From an uncultured Chlamydiae bacterium (lineage in GTDB: Bacteria > Chlamydiota > Chlamydiia > Chlamydiales > JAJFMA01), in NCBI GenBank assembly GCA_963713615.1, contig CAVQMM010000001.1:3264001-3328000 (forward strand): a DNA stretch of 64,000 nt. Direction: 5' to 3'. How positions within the stretch are numbered: position 1 is the first letter of the stretch; each line of letters begins with the position of its first letter. The notes below the pieces were generated by a model. The model saw only the letters and a program-made list of their open reading frames with translations, did no database searches and had not been told where the DNA came from. Shown here in pieces: positions 9,454-19,594 of this stretch. A program made the position numbers and the translations under genes.

Positions 9454-10053
9454 CTATGTCTTGCTTGCAGTGGCTAGCATAGGGCTTTCGAGCAAGTGCT
9501 CCGCCATTTCGATGACGATGTGAATGGCAGCCATATGAGCTTCTTGAATGCGGTCGGAGGTTTCGAGATCTGTGATAATCAGTTCTAGATCGGCAACGCC
9601 CTTCAGCTTACCGCCATTTTTTCCCAGGAAGGTTACGGTGGTAAGCCCGCGTTTTTGGGCGGTTTCGACGGCCCGAACGATGTTAGGGGAATTACCGCTC
9701 GTTGTCAGGCCCACAAAGATATCACCAGGCTTTCCAAGCGCTTCTACACCGCGTGAAAAGACTTGGTCGAAGCTTGTGTCATTCGCCGTGCAGGTGATGT
9801 GGCCTGCATCATTTAGAGCAATGGCTGGCAGCGCCGCTCGCGGTTTGCGGAAATATCCCGTCAGTTCCTCGGCGAAGTGAGCCGCATCGCAGAGGCTTCC
9901 TCCGTTGCCAGCTATAATGACTTTGTTGCCAGCCTGGAAGCATTGTGCCAATACCTCGGCAAATCGTTCGATAAAGGTGATCGCATGGGGTTCCGACAGT
10001 TGACGCACTGCATTGATGCTATCTTCAACAGAAATCAAAATCTTTTCTCGCAT
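9454..10053 (-). CDS. gmhA: Sedoheptulose-7-phosphate isomerase
   Basis: GNGGSLCDAAHFAEEL, TTSGNSPN and DRIQEAH motifs. Confidence 0.95.
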   Translation of the reverse strand: MREKILISVEDSINAVRQLSEPHAITFIERFAEVLAQCFQAGNKVIIAGNGGSLCDAAHFAEELTGYFRKPRAALPAIALNDAGHITCTANDTSFDQVFSRGVEALGKPGDIFVGLTTSGNSPNIVRAVETAQKRGLTTVTFLGKNGGKLKGVADLELIITDLETSDRIQEAHMAAIHIVIEMAEHLLESPMLATASKT

Positions 10054-10133
10054 AACCTCTTCCCCTCCGGAACTTTATAAGCTCTTCATTTGTACATCCC
10101 CATGCGATAAAGACGCAATACACAAAAAAAAGG

Positions 10134-10724
10134 TTAGCTCTTTGGAACAAGGTCACAAGCTTCAACCGGCATCCAATGCGCATCCTTTCCGTCCCATTTG
10201 ACGTTGCAGCCGATGGGGTTGGTCAGAGGGACGGAAATGGGCTTGCCAGCCAGATGCTCTTCCAACGCTCGATCTAGATCATGTACTTTAGCCTTACTAG
10301 AATCCTTGGGACTGTCAATAGCGCGTCCGCAATAGATCAACTTACGGTCTTTGTCAAAGACATAGAAATGCGGGGTTCGCAAGGCTCCATAGGCTTTGGC
10401 TATGTCTTGAGTGGCATCATACAGATAGTACCAGGGAAAATGATGTTTTTGCATGCGCTTGACCATATGCTCGAAAGAGTCTTCCTCATAGGTGTGAGGG
10501 CTATTTGAGTTAATACCCACGAAGGTGACGCCTTGCCCGGCAAAACGGTCAGCCGTCTGGCGGGTGGCTTCGTCCGAGCCGGTGACATAGGGACAGTGAT
10601 TACACGTAAAGAAGACGACTAAAACGGGTGACTTATCAAAGTCTTGAAGCGAGTGCGTTTTGCCGTCCGTACCCGCTAAGCTGAAGTTTGGAGCCTTGGC
10701 TCCTAAAGGAAGTGTAAAAACCAT
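10134..10724 (-). CDS. Thioredoxin/AhpC-TSA family protein
   Basis: FTCNHCPYV, AKAYGALRTPHFYVFD and IGCNVKW motifs. Confidence 0.92.
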   Translation of the reverse strand: MVFTLPLGAKAPNFSLAGTDGKTHSLQDFDKSPVLVVFFTCNHCPYVTGSDEATRQTADRFAGQGVTFVGINSNSPHTYEEDSFEHMVKRMQKHHFPWYYLYDATQDIAKAYGALRTPHFYVFDKDRKLIYCGRAIDSPKDSSKAKVHDLDRALEEHLAGKPISVPLTNPIGCNVKWDGKDAHWMPVEACDLVPKS

Positions 10725-10789
10725 GACTTGCTAGCCTCTGTAAAAAATGATGTTTATCCAATCATGCGTGATGAAGCCCTTTTTTAGGA

Positions 10790-10884
10790 ATTAGGATTTA
10801 GGAGCTAGGATTTTTATCACAGAGAGCGCCGAGACGCAGAGGTAGGACTGAGAGGAAAGGAAGAGTCGATATTGCAACAGGCCA
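10790..10884 (+). repeat. Degenerate family C copy fused to a REP fragment of element B (GTCGATATTGCAACAGGCCA)
   Basis: Similar to 1750-1810; exact 20-mer from the 68-bp arm of element B at 10865-10884. Confidence 0.75.
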
Positions 10885-10951
10885 AGCTCTCACCCCTTTC
10901 CTTCTCGCCTCGCGTGCTGTCTCCTTCCTCAGAAATGGCACTTGGGTTACA

Positions 10952-12271
10952 ATGGCCGATTTGGAAGAAAGCACGCGGAGGTTTAAGATGATGGCAACTA
11001 TAGTTTCATTAATGATTGCCGGAGCCGTGTGGTTTCTGGATATTGTCCCAGCGGCTTCGACGATACCCTGGTTGGCTGCTGGTGTCGGTGGACTGTTCTT
11101 ACTGTTACTGGTGTTGGCTAACTTGATGTATGTTCAGCCCCTCCAGTGGGCTGAAGTCAGGGCCACTCCACGGGTTGTCCTACTCATGCGAGCGGACTCT
11201 TCATTGCGCTGGTTAGGCGGTTTTTTAACGATTTTGCCCGTGATATCGTTTGCTATTGCTGCAGGTGCAATTTCAGAGCTTTGGGCGAGTACTGCGACTA
11301 TATTCTCTGCTTGGCTGGTCCTTGTGGGTTTATCAATCGATCTTCTCAGAATTTATTATACGCGTATCGGCAGCTATCTGATTCCCAGCACGGTTGTTCA
11401 GAACATCGTTGTGCGTGCGCAAGCCGATATTGCGCAAGGCCGTGACCTAGAGCTGTGCGACTGGATGGCTACTCTCACCGAAGTTGCTTTGATGTCACTC
11501 AGCCGCCAAGGGTCTTCGCTTGCTGAACGTTCCGTTAGTGGTATTTCAGCTTTATTGCAGCGCTTTCTAGAGGTTCACCGTAGGAGCCTTCAGACAGAAA
11601 CTTCCGATGCTAAGGTGCATCAGCGTGCCAGTTACGTGTTGTTCTATGGGATGGAGCGTCTTCAGCTGATCCATCATCGCGCGTTGGCGGATGATTTGGA
11701 ATCTGTGTGTAGCCACGTTGTTACTTCGCTTGGCAAGGTAGCGGTAGCTGCGGCTCACGGAGATATCTCCAAGGTCAGTTATCCAATCCACTATATGGGG
11801 TCATTGGCTTTAACGGCCTTGAGCAGTGGCCTTTCTGAAGTGCCAGTCAAGGCTAATCTGACCCTTGTTGAAGTGGGCAAACTTATCCTTACCGAAGTGG
11901 ATCTATCAAAGGCTGTCGTGCGCGATCCGATGGTCAATTTAGTGACCCAGCTAGAGGAGATTGCTAAGGCTACCTTCCGAAGGGATAAGGATAGCAATAT
12001 CAGCGTTCTGACACAGCCCTTGCGCGATCTAAAAGCGTCCTTGCAGTCACACGCTTTGGCGGACCGTTCTGATGTCAAGGCTGTGGTAGCGGCTATTGAT
12101 GCCGTATTGTCAGACTTTGATAATTTACAGTTAGTCTTGCGAACTCTTCCCACAATTCCAGATGTTCCCGTAACAGATGAAGGCCTACCTGAAATTCCAG
12201 AGTTGGCTAAAGCTGCAAGGGCCAATGCTCCGGCAGCGGCGCCGTCAGCACCAGCGGCTCCTTCGAAATAG
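10952..12271 (+). CDS. Hypothetical membrane protein (4 N-terminal TM helices plus helical domain)
   Basis: 439-aa ORF; overlaps the convergent RluA gene by 65 bp. Confidence 0.8.
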   Translation: MADLEESTRRFKMMATIVSLMIAGAVWFLDIVPAASTIPWLAAGVGGLFLLLLVLANLMYVQPLQWAEVRATPRVVLLMRADSSLRWLGGFLTILPVISFAIAAGAISELWASTATIFSAWLVLVGLSIDLLRIYYTRIGSYLIPSTVVQNIVVRAQADIAQGRDLELCDWMATLTEVALMSLSRQGSSLAERSVSGISALLQRFLEVHRRSLQTETSDAKVHQRASYVLFYGMERLQLIHHRALADDLESVCSHVVTSLGKVAVAAAHGDISKVSYPIHYMGSLALTALSSGLSEVPVKANLTLVEVGKLILTEVDLSKAVVRDPMVNLVTQLEEIAKATFRRDKDSNISVLTQPLRDLKASLQSHALADRSDVKAVVAAIDAVLSDFDNLQLVLRTLPTIPDVPVTDEGLPEIPELAKAARANAPAAAPSAPAAPSK

Positions 12272-12860
12272 GATGCGGAATCTCCAGCTGGTAATGGTGT
12301 AGAGCTATTCGGTCCGGAAAATTCCACGAGCGACCGCCATAGCGTTCATCGCCTAGAATGGGATGGCCTATGGCTGCCAATTGGCTGCGTATTTGGTGGT
12401 AGCGTCCCGTCTCTAATTCGATGTCTAGAAGAGCCAGCGTCCCAGAAGTCGCTGCGACAACATAATGCAAACGCGCCAGCACTGCCCCAGGTGTTGCGGA
12501 GGTGGCAATATCTGAGCGATGGTCGCCGTGAGTCATATAATGTTCTAGGGTTTGCTCCGAAGTGTCTGGAACGCCAATGACGATAGCCCGGTAGTGTTTA
12601 CGTGTTTCTTTGGCGCGCATGGAGGCGTTTAGGCGCGATAATGCTTTGCTGGTTCGCGCGAACAAAACGATCCCGCTGGCCGGTTTGTCTAATCGGTGTA
12701 CGGCATGCAGGAATACATTGCCAGGTTTGGAATACTTATCTTTGAGCCATGTTTTGCAGAGGTCTTCTAGATTGGACTGCTGTGTGCCGCTGGCTTGTGT
12801 CAGCAGGCCTGCTGGCTTGTTTGCGGCTAGGATATGGTTGTCGTCGTAGAGGATGTTCAT
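12207..12860 (-). CDS. RluA family pseudouridine synthase
   Basis: NKPAGLL, VHRLDKPASG, LETGRYHQIR and GHPILGDERYG motifs. Confidence 0.95.
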   Translation of the reverse strand: MNILYDDNHILAANKPAGLLTQASGTQQSNLEDLCKTWLKDKYSKPGNVFLHAVHRLDKPASGIVLFARTSKALSRLNASMRAKETRKHYRAIVIGVPDTSEQTLEHYMTHGDHRSDIATSATPGAVLARLHYVVAATSGTLALLDIELETGRYHQIRSQLAAIGHPILGDERYGGRSWNFPDRIALHHYQLEIPHPISKEPLVLTAPLPEHWPLQL

Positions 12861-13681
12861 AGACCTTTCTTGCGCTGCCTTAAAACTTCATAAAGCAGCA
12901 GCGTTGTGGCCATAGCGACATTCAAAGAGTCTGCAATACCACACATCGGGATGCGCACCTGGATGTCAGCGCCTTCCATCCAGAGCTTCGATAAACCCAG
13001 CTGTTCGGTTCCCACAGCGATGGCGATCGGGCCAGTGAGATCGATGTCGGTATAGACCTTCTCAGCCTGTGGGGTGGCCGCCAGGATGCTCACACGATGG
13101 TCTCGGAGCCACTGCAAGGCCTCGACACCGCCGCACTCGATGACAGGAACGCTGAAGAGTGTTCCTACGCTAGCACGCACGACGTTGGGGTTAAAGACAT
13201 CTGTACAGCGATCGCATACCAAAAGACTATCAAGCCCTACGGCATCGCTAGAACGCAGAATAGTCCCCAAGTTTCCAGGCTTTTCAATAGCTTCGGCGAC
13301 AACCAAAAACGGCGCATGAGTCGATGAGGTGAGATTTTTAAGGTCATCAAGAGAGCGATGCTGTTGGTGAGCGATAGCTAGCAGGCCATCGGGGCGATCG
13401 CGATAGGATAATTTGCGAAAGACTTCAGGCGTACAAGACAGGACCTGAGCACCAGTGTGATGGATGCTTTCAATGAGAGCGCTTTCATTGGTGCCGAGAA
13501 ATAGCTCTGAACAGGTAAAGAGTGTTTCGATAGGCGCCGAACCTTGCTTAGCACGATACAGTTCGCGGTAGCCTTCGATCAAAAAGAGTTGTGTGGTATC
13601 GCGGTCGCGTCGGTCGCGCAAGCGTACGGCTAACTTAACTTTAGGATTTTGCAGGCTGGTGATGTCGGCGCTACTGACCAT
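12857..13681 (-). CDS. TrmH/SpoU family RNA 2'-O-methyltransferase
   Basis: EKPGNLGTILRS, VGTEQLGLS and IPMCGIADSLNVA motifs. Confidence 0.95.
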   Translation of the reverse strand: MVSSADITSLQNPKVKLAVRLRDRRDRDTTQLFLIEGYRELYRAKQGSAPIETLFTCSELFLGTNESALIESIHHTGAQVLSCTPEVFRKLSYRDRPDGLLAIAHQQHRSLDDLKNLTSSTHAPFLVVAEAIEKPGNLGTILRSSDAVGLDSLLVCDRCTDVFNPNVVRASVGTLFSVPVIECGGVEALQWLRDHRVSILAATPQAEKVYTDIDLTGPIAIAVGTEQLGLSKLWMEGADIQVRIPMCGIADSLNVAMATTLLLYEVLRQRKKGL

Positions 13682-14531
13682 TGCTCCACCGTGCATAGGT
13701 ACCACTGGGCAGGGCGGGGACGGTTGCGTCGCCCTCTAAGAGCATTTCGCCTTGTGTTAGGTGGCCACCTAAGCCTTTCATCATTTGGTCTAGCAGGTGT
13801 TTCATACACACAGGAGTGATTCCGGGTGTGTGACAAGATAGCAGCACAAACAAAGGTTTGTCGCTCAGAAGCTGGCGACAGGAATCCAATAACGGGACAA
13901 GGTGTTCTTCGATTTTGAATAATTCACCTTTGTTGCCGCGTCCGAAGGTAGGTGGATCCAGGATGATGGCGTCATAGCGGCGGTCGCGGCGTAGCTCGCG
14001 TTGTAGGAACTTGGTGACATCATCGACGATCCAGCGAATGGGTGCTTTGCCCAGGTCGTTGAGCCGGGCGTTATCTCCAGCCCAAGAGACCATTCCCTGA
14101 GAGGCATCAAGGTGACAAACATGAGCTCCAGCCTGTGCTGCTGCTAGAGTGGCTCCTCCGGAATAGGCAAAGAGGTTTAAAACCTGGATCTCGCGATTCT
14201 CTTGCGCTCTGCATTGTGTGATGCTTTTACGAATCCATTCCCACGCTGAACGTTGTTCCGGAAAGATCCCTAAGTGACCAAAGTCGGTTGTCTTCAGCCT
14301 AAAACGAATGCCAGAAACGGTGATGTCCCACGCTTCAGGGAGCGCTGACCTGTTATGCCAACGGTTATCTTCATCGCGACTGAAGAGAGCATGAGCCTGT
14401 TTCCAAGCTGATTCAGGCAGCTGGGGATGCCAGATGGCCTGGCTGGCTGGACGTACCAACACGTATGGACCGAAGCGCTCTAGCTTACGCCCATTGCCAC
14501 TATCAAGAAGTGAGTATTCTAGGTTATTCAT
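13671..14531 (-). CDS. Class I SAM-dependent methyltransferase (RlmI/RlmK-like)
   Basis: LLDSGNGRKLERFG, VLNLFAYSGG and IILDPPTFGRG motifs. Confidence 0.9.
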   Translation of the reverse strand: MNNLEYSLLDSGNGRKLERFGPYVLVRPASQAIWHPQLPESAWKQAHALFSRDEDNRWHNRSALPEAWDITVSGIRFRLKTTDFGHLGIFPEQRSAWEWIRKSITQCRAQENREIQVLNLFAYSGGATLAAAQAGAHVCHLDASQGMVSWAGDNARLNDLGKAPIRWIVDDVTKFLQRELRRDRRYDAIILDPPTFGRGNKGELFKIEEHLVPLLDSCRQLLSDKPLFVLLSCHTPGITPVCMKHLLDQMMKGLGGHLTQGEMLLEGDATVPALPSGTYARWSNGQ

Positions 14532-14604
14532 ATCGAAAACAGTATAGCTCTTTCGCCTGTAATATGGCTACTCTATACACCGCGCGTGGTCCATCTAATC
14601 CTTT

Positions 14605-14659
14605 GGCCTTGTTCACCTTTGCAGTCAGTTTTCGGTCGACTGCAAAGGTGAACAAGGCC
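14605..14659. repeat. 55-bp hairpin derivative of MITE-A
   Basis: GGCCTTGTTCACCTTTGCAGTC, an 11-nt loop, then its exact reverse complement. Confidence 0.92.
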
Positions 14660-14794
14660 CTTTTCATGTGGTTGCTGTTGATGTGCTTTTATGCGCTTGT
14701 GCTTGTTTATAAGAGTCTTTGATTTTTATTGGAATGAATTGTTGGAAAGTGTATAAAATAGTCTATGTAAAATAAACTAACTTGAGAATTGATT

Positions 14795-16330
14795 ATGTTT
14801 AATTATTTCAGTATAGATGGCAATAGAGAAGGCAGGCAAATAATAATTGATGAACTGAAAGACAGTGCATTAAAGAATCTTTCCGTCAAATTGGATCAAA
14901 TGGTCTCTCTTTATCAAACATACTGTAAGAAGGCACTTGGCAATAAACAAGATGTGCAAATCGCGTCTATGTCGAAGCAGCAGCGGCATATTGATTGCCA
15001 CCATGCCGTAGACATACTTTGTGATGCGTTTGTAAAAAAAGTGGAAAAATTATCAGCGGAAATTTGCAAGTTTAGTTTATACAACCAAAAGTTGTTGATT
15101 AAGGAATTACTGTTAAGAGAGCCTGCTGATTTAATAAAGATCAGCACTTTGCTTCGAATCGGCCTCGATGAGGATGTTATCCAATTGCTTCGGAGAGAAT
15201 TAGAAGCCTTAGATCGTTGTGAAGCGAACGCTCAAAAAACACTTATCATCTTACAGGAATTGTTAAGTCCGGAAGAATTTTCTCAAATGTTAAACAAATT
15301 AATAAATTCCGGAGCGGAAGTTAGAGATTACATTCAGAACAATTATTTTTCAGATGCAATAACAGGGTTCACACGCCGATTTAAGTCATGTGACGTGAAA
15401 TCTCCTATGAGAGAACGACTGCTAGAACGAATTCAATCCATTTTAAATGTTGTGATGCCTAGCTTGGATAGAGATCTGATTGTGAAGCATTTTCTTGGAT
15501 GCTGCGCTTCGATTCAAAGCTATATGTGTTTGAGTGCAACACCTGATCAGTGGTCCGACATACTTTTTCCGTGGATTAAAGACCAAAGTGATTTGGCTAA
15601 TTTAGTAGGAGATATGCCTCAAACCCCGCAAAGCAAACAAAGAATTCAGGAGCTTTTCCTTGAAAGTTTGAACAGGATTAAGGACGAGCCAAACAAAACA
15701 CTACAGGAATTATTAGAGTTGACCAATCGACTCTACAGTAGTGCCAAGGATGATCAAGGAAGGGAGTGGGCAAAGAGGCTTTGGATCCAAGCATGCGAAA
15801 TCGTTATTCAGAGTGCTCAGGGGCCAGAGGATTATCGGAGGATCTTCGATCTACTGAATGTTCCTTATTGGCAAATTCAATGCTGGGTAGAACTTTTAGA
15901 GCCTCAAGATATTCTCGAACACTGCAAACAGAATGGGCTTGAGTCATACCTCAACACCTATTTTGTACTTGCTTGTCAACGCTCAGAGATCGACTTCCTG
16001 CATCTTTTTGATGAGGTGTTTCCGTTAAATGCTAATTCGGAACTGACTATCAAGATGAAGAAAAAGATTAGGGGAATGCTTACCATTCTGGTCGAACATG
16101 AGAAGGAGTTTGCTCATCTCAACGAGCCTCGGGTAGATCAAATTTTTTCACAAGTGGCCGAACGGTTATCGGTAGCGGATTATCAAAATTTTATCGGCTT
16201 GACATCGTCTTATGGATATGACTCTAGCAGTTTGGTAAATAGAAGATTATACAGAGCTGGTAGTGCTCACCAAAAAGAGCCGCTAATGGATATAGACGAT
16301 CTAATACTAAATCGATACGGTTGGAATTAG
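14795..16330 (+). CDS. Hypothetical AT-rich helical protein (possible host-directed effector)
   Basis: 511-aa ORF, more AT-rich than its neighbours, no recognisable motif. Confidence 0.75.
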   Translation: MFNYFSIDGNREGRQIIIDELKDSALKNLSVKLDQMVSLYQTYCKKALGNKQDVQIASMSKQQRHIDCHHAVDILCDAFVKKVEKLSAEICKFSLYNQKLLIKELLLREPADLIKISTLLRIGLDEDVIQLLRRELEALDRCEANAQKTLIILQELLSPEEFSQMLNKLINSGAEVRDYIQNNYFSDAITGFTRRFKSCDVKSPMRERLLERIQSILNVVMPSLDRDLIVKHFLGCCASIQSYMCLSATPDQWSDILFPWIKDQSDLANLVGDMPQTPQSKQRIQELFLESLNRIKDEPNKTLQELLELTNRLYSSAKDDQGREWAKRLWIQACEIVIQSAQGPEDYRRIFDLLNVPYWQIQCWVELLEPQDILEHCKQNGLESYLNTYFVLACQRSEIDFLHLFDEVFPLNANSELTIKMKKKIRGMLTILVEHEKEFAHLNEPRVDQIFSQVAERLSVADYQNFIGLTSSYGYDSSSLVNRRLYRAGSAHQKEPLMDIDDLILNRYGWN

Positions 16331-16410
16331 TTCTGTTCCTCCGATAAGCTTGAATTGGATGGACTAAAGGACGAAAAGGACTTATAGAATAATGTCCGCT
16401 GAGTCCTTTA

Positions 16411-17161
16411 GAGGTAATTGCAGGAGTCCGATTTCCGAAGTCAATTTCCTGAAAATCGGATGCCGGTGAAGAGAGAGTCATTCCCTTCCCAGGCCCGAAG
16501 GGTCGATATTGCAACAGGCCATGGCATCGCCACATAGGCCTCAACCTAACAGGTCTTTTGAGCTTATATCTCAATGACTTAGGACTTCACAATCGTATCT
16601 CGGCGCGCAGCGCTTTGGAGTGCGGTCGCTTGCGACCGCTTTTCGTTCCTTGGGACGGCAATGCTAAACGGCATTGTATGGATTCGTCGAAGGCTGCATG
16701 TACTAACTATTTTACCCTTAGGGAATTATAGTGATGCCGTTGCACACGACCGTCGCAAGGAACCCAAAGCGGTCGCAAGCGACCGCACTCCAAAGCGCTG
16801 CGCGCCGAGATACGATTGTTAGGCTTAGGTTGAGGCCTATGTGGCATCGCCATGGTATATGCCAAAACGGTTTTAACAGCCTGTAGGGCTGCCATAAAGC
16901 GCATGCATAAATGGTGTTTGTAAACTGGCGTCTTGTAGCAGTCCTTCAGACTGCGAAATCCCTTCCTGGCATATACCATGGCGATGCCATGGCCTGTTGC
17001 AATATCGACCCTTCGGGCCTGGGAGGGGAGAAAAGCCTGTCTTTCCAGACTGGATAGTGCCATACCACTTAAGCTCTCTAGAATCGCCTTCTCACAAAAA
17101 AAGGTAACCTTTTTTCCCGAGAATCGACTCTCAGGGGCTCAAATAATTTTGCAATTACCTC
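16411..17161. mobile_element. Nested inverted-repeat element B, copy 2 (751 bp), flanked by TTTA on both sides
   Basis: GAGGTAATTGCA...TGCAATTACCTC termini; near-identical to copy 1 plus an extra hairpin module at about 16842-16989. Confidence 0.92.
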
Positions 17162-17251
17162 TTTATGTCCTTTTCGTCGCTTTGGTCCTTTAGTCCATCC
17201 AAGAGAGACCATACACCAAAGCTTCACAAGAACCCAATTTTCATCTCTATC

Positions 17252-18484
17252 CTACAAGTAGTTCACGGCTAGCCAAAGGCGGCAAAGCGCAGCATTGACA
17301 CTAGATTCGATGATATTCGCTCGAGTTCCACGTGAGCGAAGTTTCCACGTCACAACTACGCCGTAACGATTTCCTATAGCTATCCAGACGGTTCCTACGG
17401 GTTTTTGAAGGCTTCCTCCCTTGGGGCCTGCAATGCCTGTTATTGCTAAGCTGTAGTCGCTGCCGGTGGCTTCTAGAGCCCCTTTAACCATTTCGATGGC
17501 TACATCTTCACTGACAGCTCCATGCTGAAGAAGAGTGTCTTCATGGACTCCTAAGAGCTTTCTCTTGAGGTCATTGGAATAGCTCACAACCGATCCGCGA
17601 AAATACTCCGAAGCTCCTGCTAGCGATGTCAAGCGTGCTGCGACAGCTCCGCCAGTACACGATTCAGCAGTGCCTAGGGTCAGCTTACGCTCAATAAACA
17701 GCTGATGAATGGCTTCTTCAATACGCTCTGTAGATGCCGGAATAGCGCAGTCGTGGAAGCGCTCGACAATCGTTCGCTTGGTCCTGGCCATGACCTCTGT
17801 AGCCTCGCCATTAGACTCCAATGCCGAAAGAATCACCGTAAGCACTCCGGGGCGAGGGTAGATTCCTACGGCTACATCGGGATTGCTTTTGACGACTTCT
17901 CGTAGGAATGGATCAACTTCTTCTTCACGGACACCTGTGAGGAGGACATGGTCCTTGCGATACATCGCCTTTTGAGGCAGGCGATCTTCCAGGTAGGGTT
18001 TCACAGAGGTCTGAAAAATGGCCTGCATCTCAATAGGGATGCCTGGTAGTAAGACGAGAGTGACTGTATTGGCTTCAAATAGCAACGCTGGGGCTGTTCC
18101 AACATCGTTGGGGATAACTTTGGCTTTGGATGGTACGGTGGCCTGGTTTTGCAATGTCGCCAAGTCATTTCCATAACGTTCTCGCAAGCTCGCTGCTATT
18201 CCATCATCGAAGCGAAACCCTGAGTTAAAAATCTCCGCTACCACTTGTCGCGTATTGTCATCTAGGGTGGGGCCCAGACCGCCAGTCGCAATGACTAGGG
18301 TATTTTCTTGCAAGATGCGTGTTAAACGACGCCGCAAGGCCTTTGGTTCGTCAGGAAGAGTGTGAGAGGCGCGAACAGTAAGGCCGAGATTGCCTAGTTC
18401 TCTACAGAGATAGGCGGCATTGGTGTTGACAACTAGGCCGCTCAATAACTCATCGCCAATGGTGACAATTTCTACACTGTCCAT
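17252..18484 (-). CDS. cinA: CinA family nicotinamide mononucleotide deamidase-related protein
   Basis: IGDELLSG..VNTN, TGGLGPTLDDNT, AESCTGG, HGAVSE and TGIAGPKGG motifs. Confidence 0.95.
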   Translation of the reverse strand: MDSVEIVTIGDELLSGLVVNTNAAYLCRELGNLGLTVRASHTLPDEPKALRRRLTRILQENTLVIATGGLGPTLDDNTRQVVAEIFNSGFRFDDGIAASLRERYGNDLATLQNQATVPSKAKVIPNDVGTAPALLFEANTVTLVLLPGIPIEMQAIFQTSVKPYLEDRLPQKAMYRKDHVLLTGVREEEVDPFLREVVKSNPDVAVGIYPRPGVLTVILSALESNGEATEVMARTKRTIVERFHDCAIPASTERIEEAIHQLFIERKLTLGTAESCTGGAVAARLTSLAGASEYFRGSVVSYSNDLKRKLLGVHEDTLLQHGAVSEDVAIEMVKGALEATGSDYSLAITGIAGPKGGSLQKPVGTVWIAIGNRYGVVVTWKLRSRGTRANIIESSVNAALCRLWLAVNYL

Positions 18485-18561
18485 GATTGTTCCTTAATAT
18501 TTTTTTGCATATAGTAACATGCCGGGACAAAAATTTAAAAGATAGCGGAGAGGTTATAGCT

Positions 18562-18795
18562 ATGGAAGGTGTAAGCCTATCTAATCAAAGACTAGGAGCT
18601 ATGATTAGCCCTTTTTTTTCGATTCCAAAAATCGTTTCCTTTCTCACCTTGCCGGCTTTAGCGGCTTTACAACAGACTCGAGTAGACATGGATATAGCCG
18701 ACGAGGACAATCTATATCTTGCAGTAGCCCTCACAACCGCTGTAGCAATTACAGCAGCGACGGTGTATTTCCTCTGTAAAAAAGAGCACCGATGA
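18562..18795 (+). CDS. Small hypothetical protein with a C-terminal TM anchor
   Basis: GGAGAGG RBS before the ATG; 77 aa; hydrophobic tail followed by KKEHR. Confidence 0.55.
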   Translation: MEGVSLSNQRLGAMISPFFSIPKIVSFLTLPALAALQQTRVDMDIADEDNLYLAVALTTAVAITAATVYFLCKKEHR

Positions 18796-18884
18796 AATAT
18801 ATCACGCGCGGTTAGATTTTGAACCATGTATCGTTCTTTGGGGCCTTCCAAGTAACTCCAAAGCGCTGTACGCTGCCTTCCGGT

Positions 18885-19586
18885 CTATTTTCGCACAACG
18901 TTTAGCCCATGCTGAGCTAGGCCAGGGTGCCGATTGATCCATTCAAACACATTTTTTCCTAATCTGATAGGGACATTAACGCGTTCTCCAGAAACCAGAA
19001 ATGGTGTGGGTAGCGTGTGATGGCGCACCCAACGCTGTAGGATGCGGAACAAGGCTGTATTGGGAAATTGGACACTGTCGTCTACAGATAAAATGCTCTT
19101 TGTAATGGGATCTTGGAATACCTGTGGGTAGGAAAACTGAATACCCCACGATAGACTATCTTTACCGAACACCATCGATCGAAATTTGTGGTCGATATGA
19201 GAGAAGCCCATCCGGTGCAGTTGCAACTGAATAACGGGGAGCGAAGGACGGATGATCACCTGGTCGTTGCCGGTCTCTAGCACATATAGAGCATCTAATG
19301 TTCTGGTGAAAACACTGGAAAATAGAGGTCTGAAGGATATGTCTGGAGGCTCCTGGCCATTTTTGATGTATTCGACATAACCATTATAAGCGGTTAAAAA
19401 GTCATTGTGGCTAGCCGCACCGCTGCCTTTAAGCTGTAAGGTGCCCGTGAGATAGATGAAAAAATCCCCTAAGGCTTGGAAGAAGACGCCCATCTCCGCA
19501 GTATCTAAAAGCACTTGCACCTGCAGCCATTTCGAAGCCTGAAGGGGCTGTTGGGTATCCACCGTGCAGTAGCGAGGGTATAGCAT
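18885..19586 (-). CDS. Hypothetical protein
   Basis: 233-aa ORF directly downstream of lspA on the same strand. Confidence 0.8.
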   Translation of the reverse strand: MLYPRYCTVDTQQPLQASKWLQVQVLLDTAEMGVFFQALGDFFIYLTGTLQLKGSGAASHNDFLTAYNGYVEYIKNGQEPPDISFRPLFSSVFTRTLDALYVLETGNDQVIIRPSLPVIQLQLHRMGFSHIDHKFRSMVFGKDSLSWGIQFSYPQVFQDPITKSILSVDDSVQFPNTALFRILQRWVRHHTLPTPFLVSGERVNVPIRLGKNVFEWINRHPGLAQHGLNVVRK

Positions 19587-19594
19587 GGCTGCCG

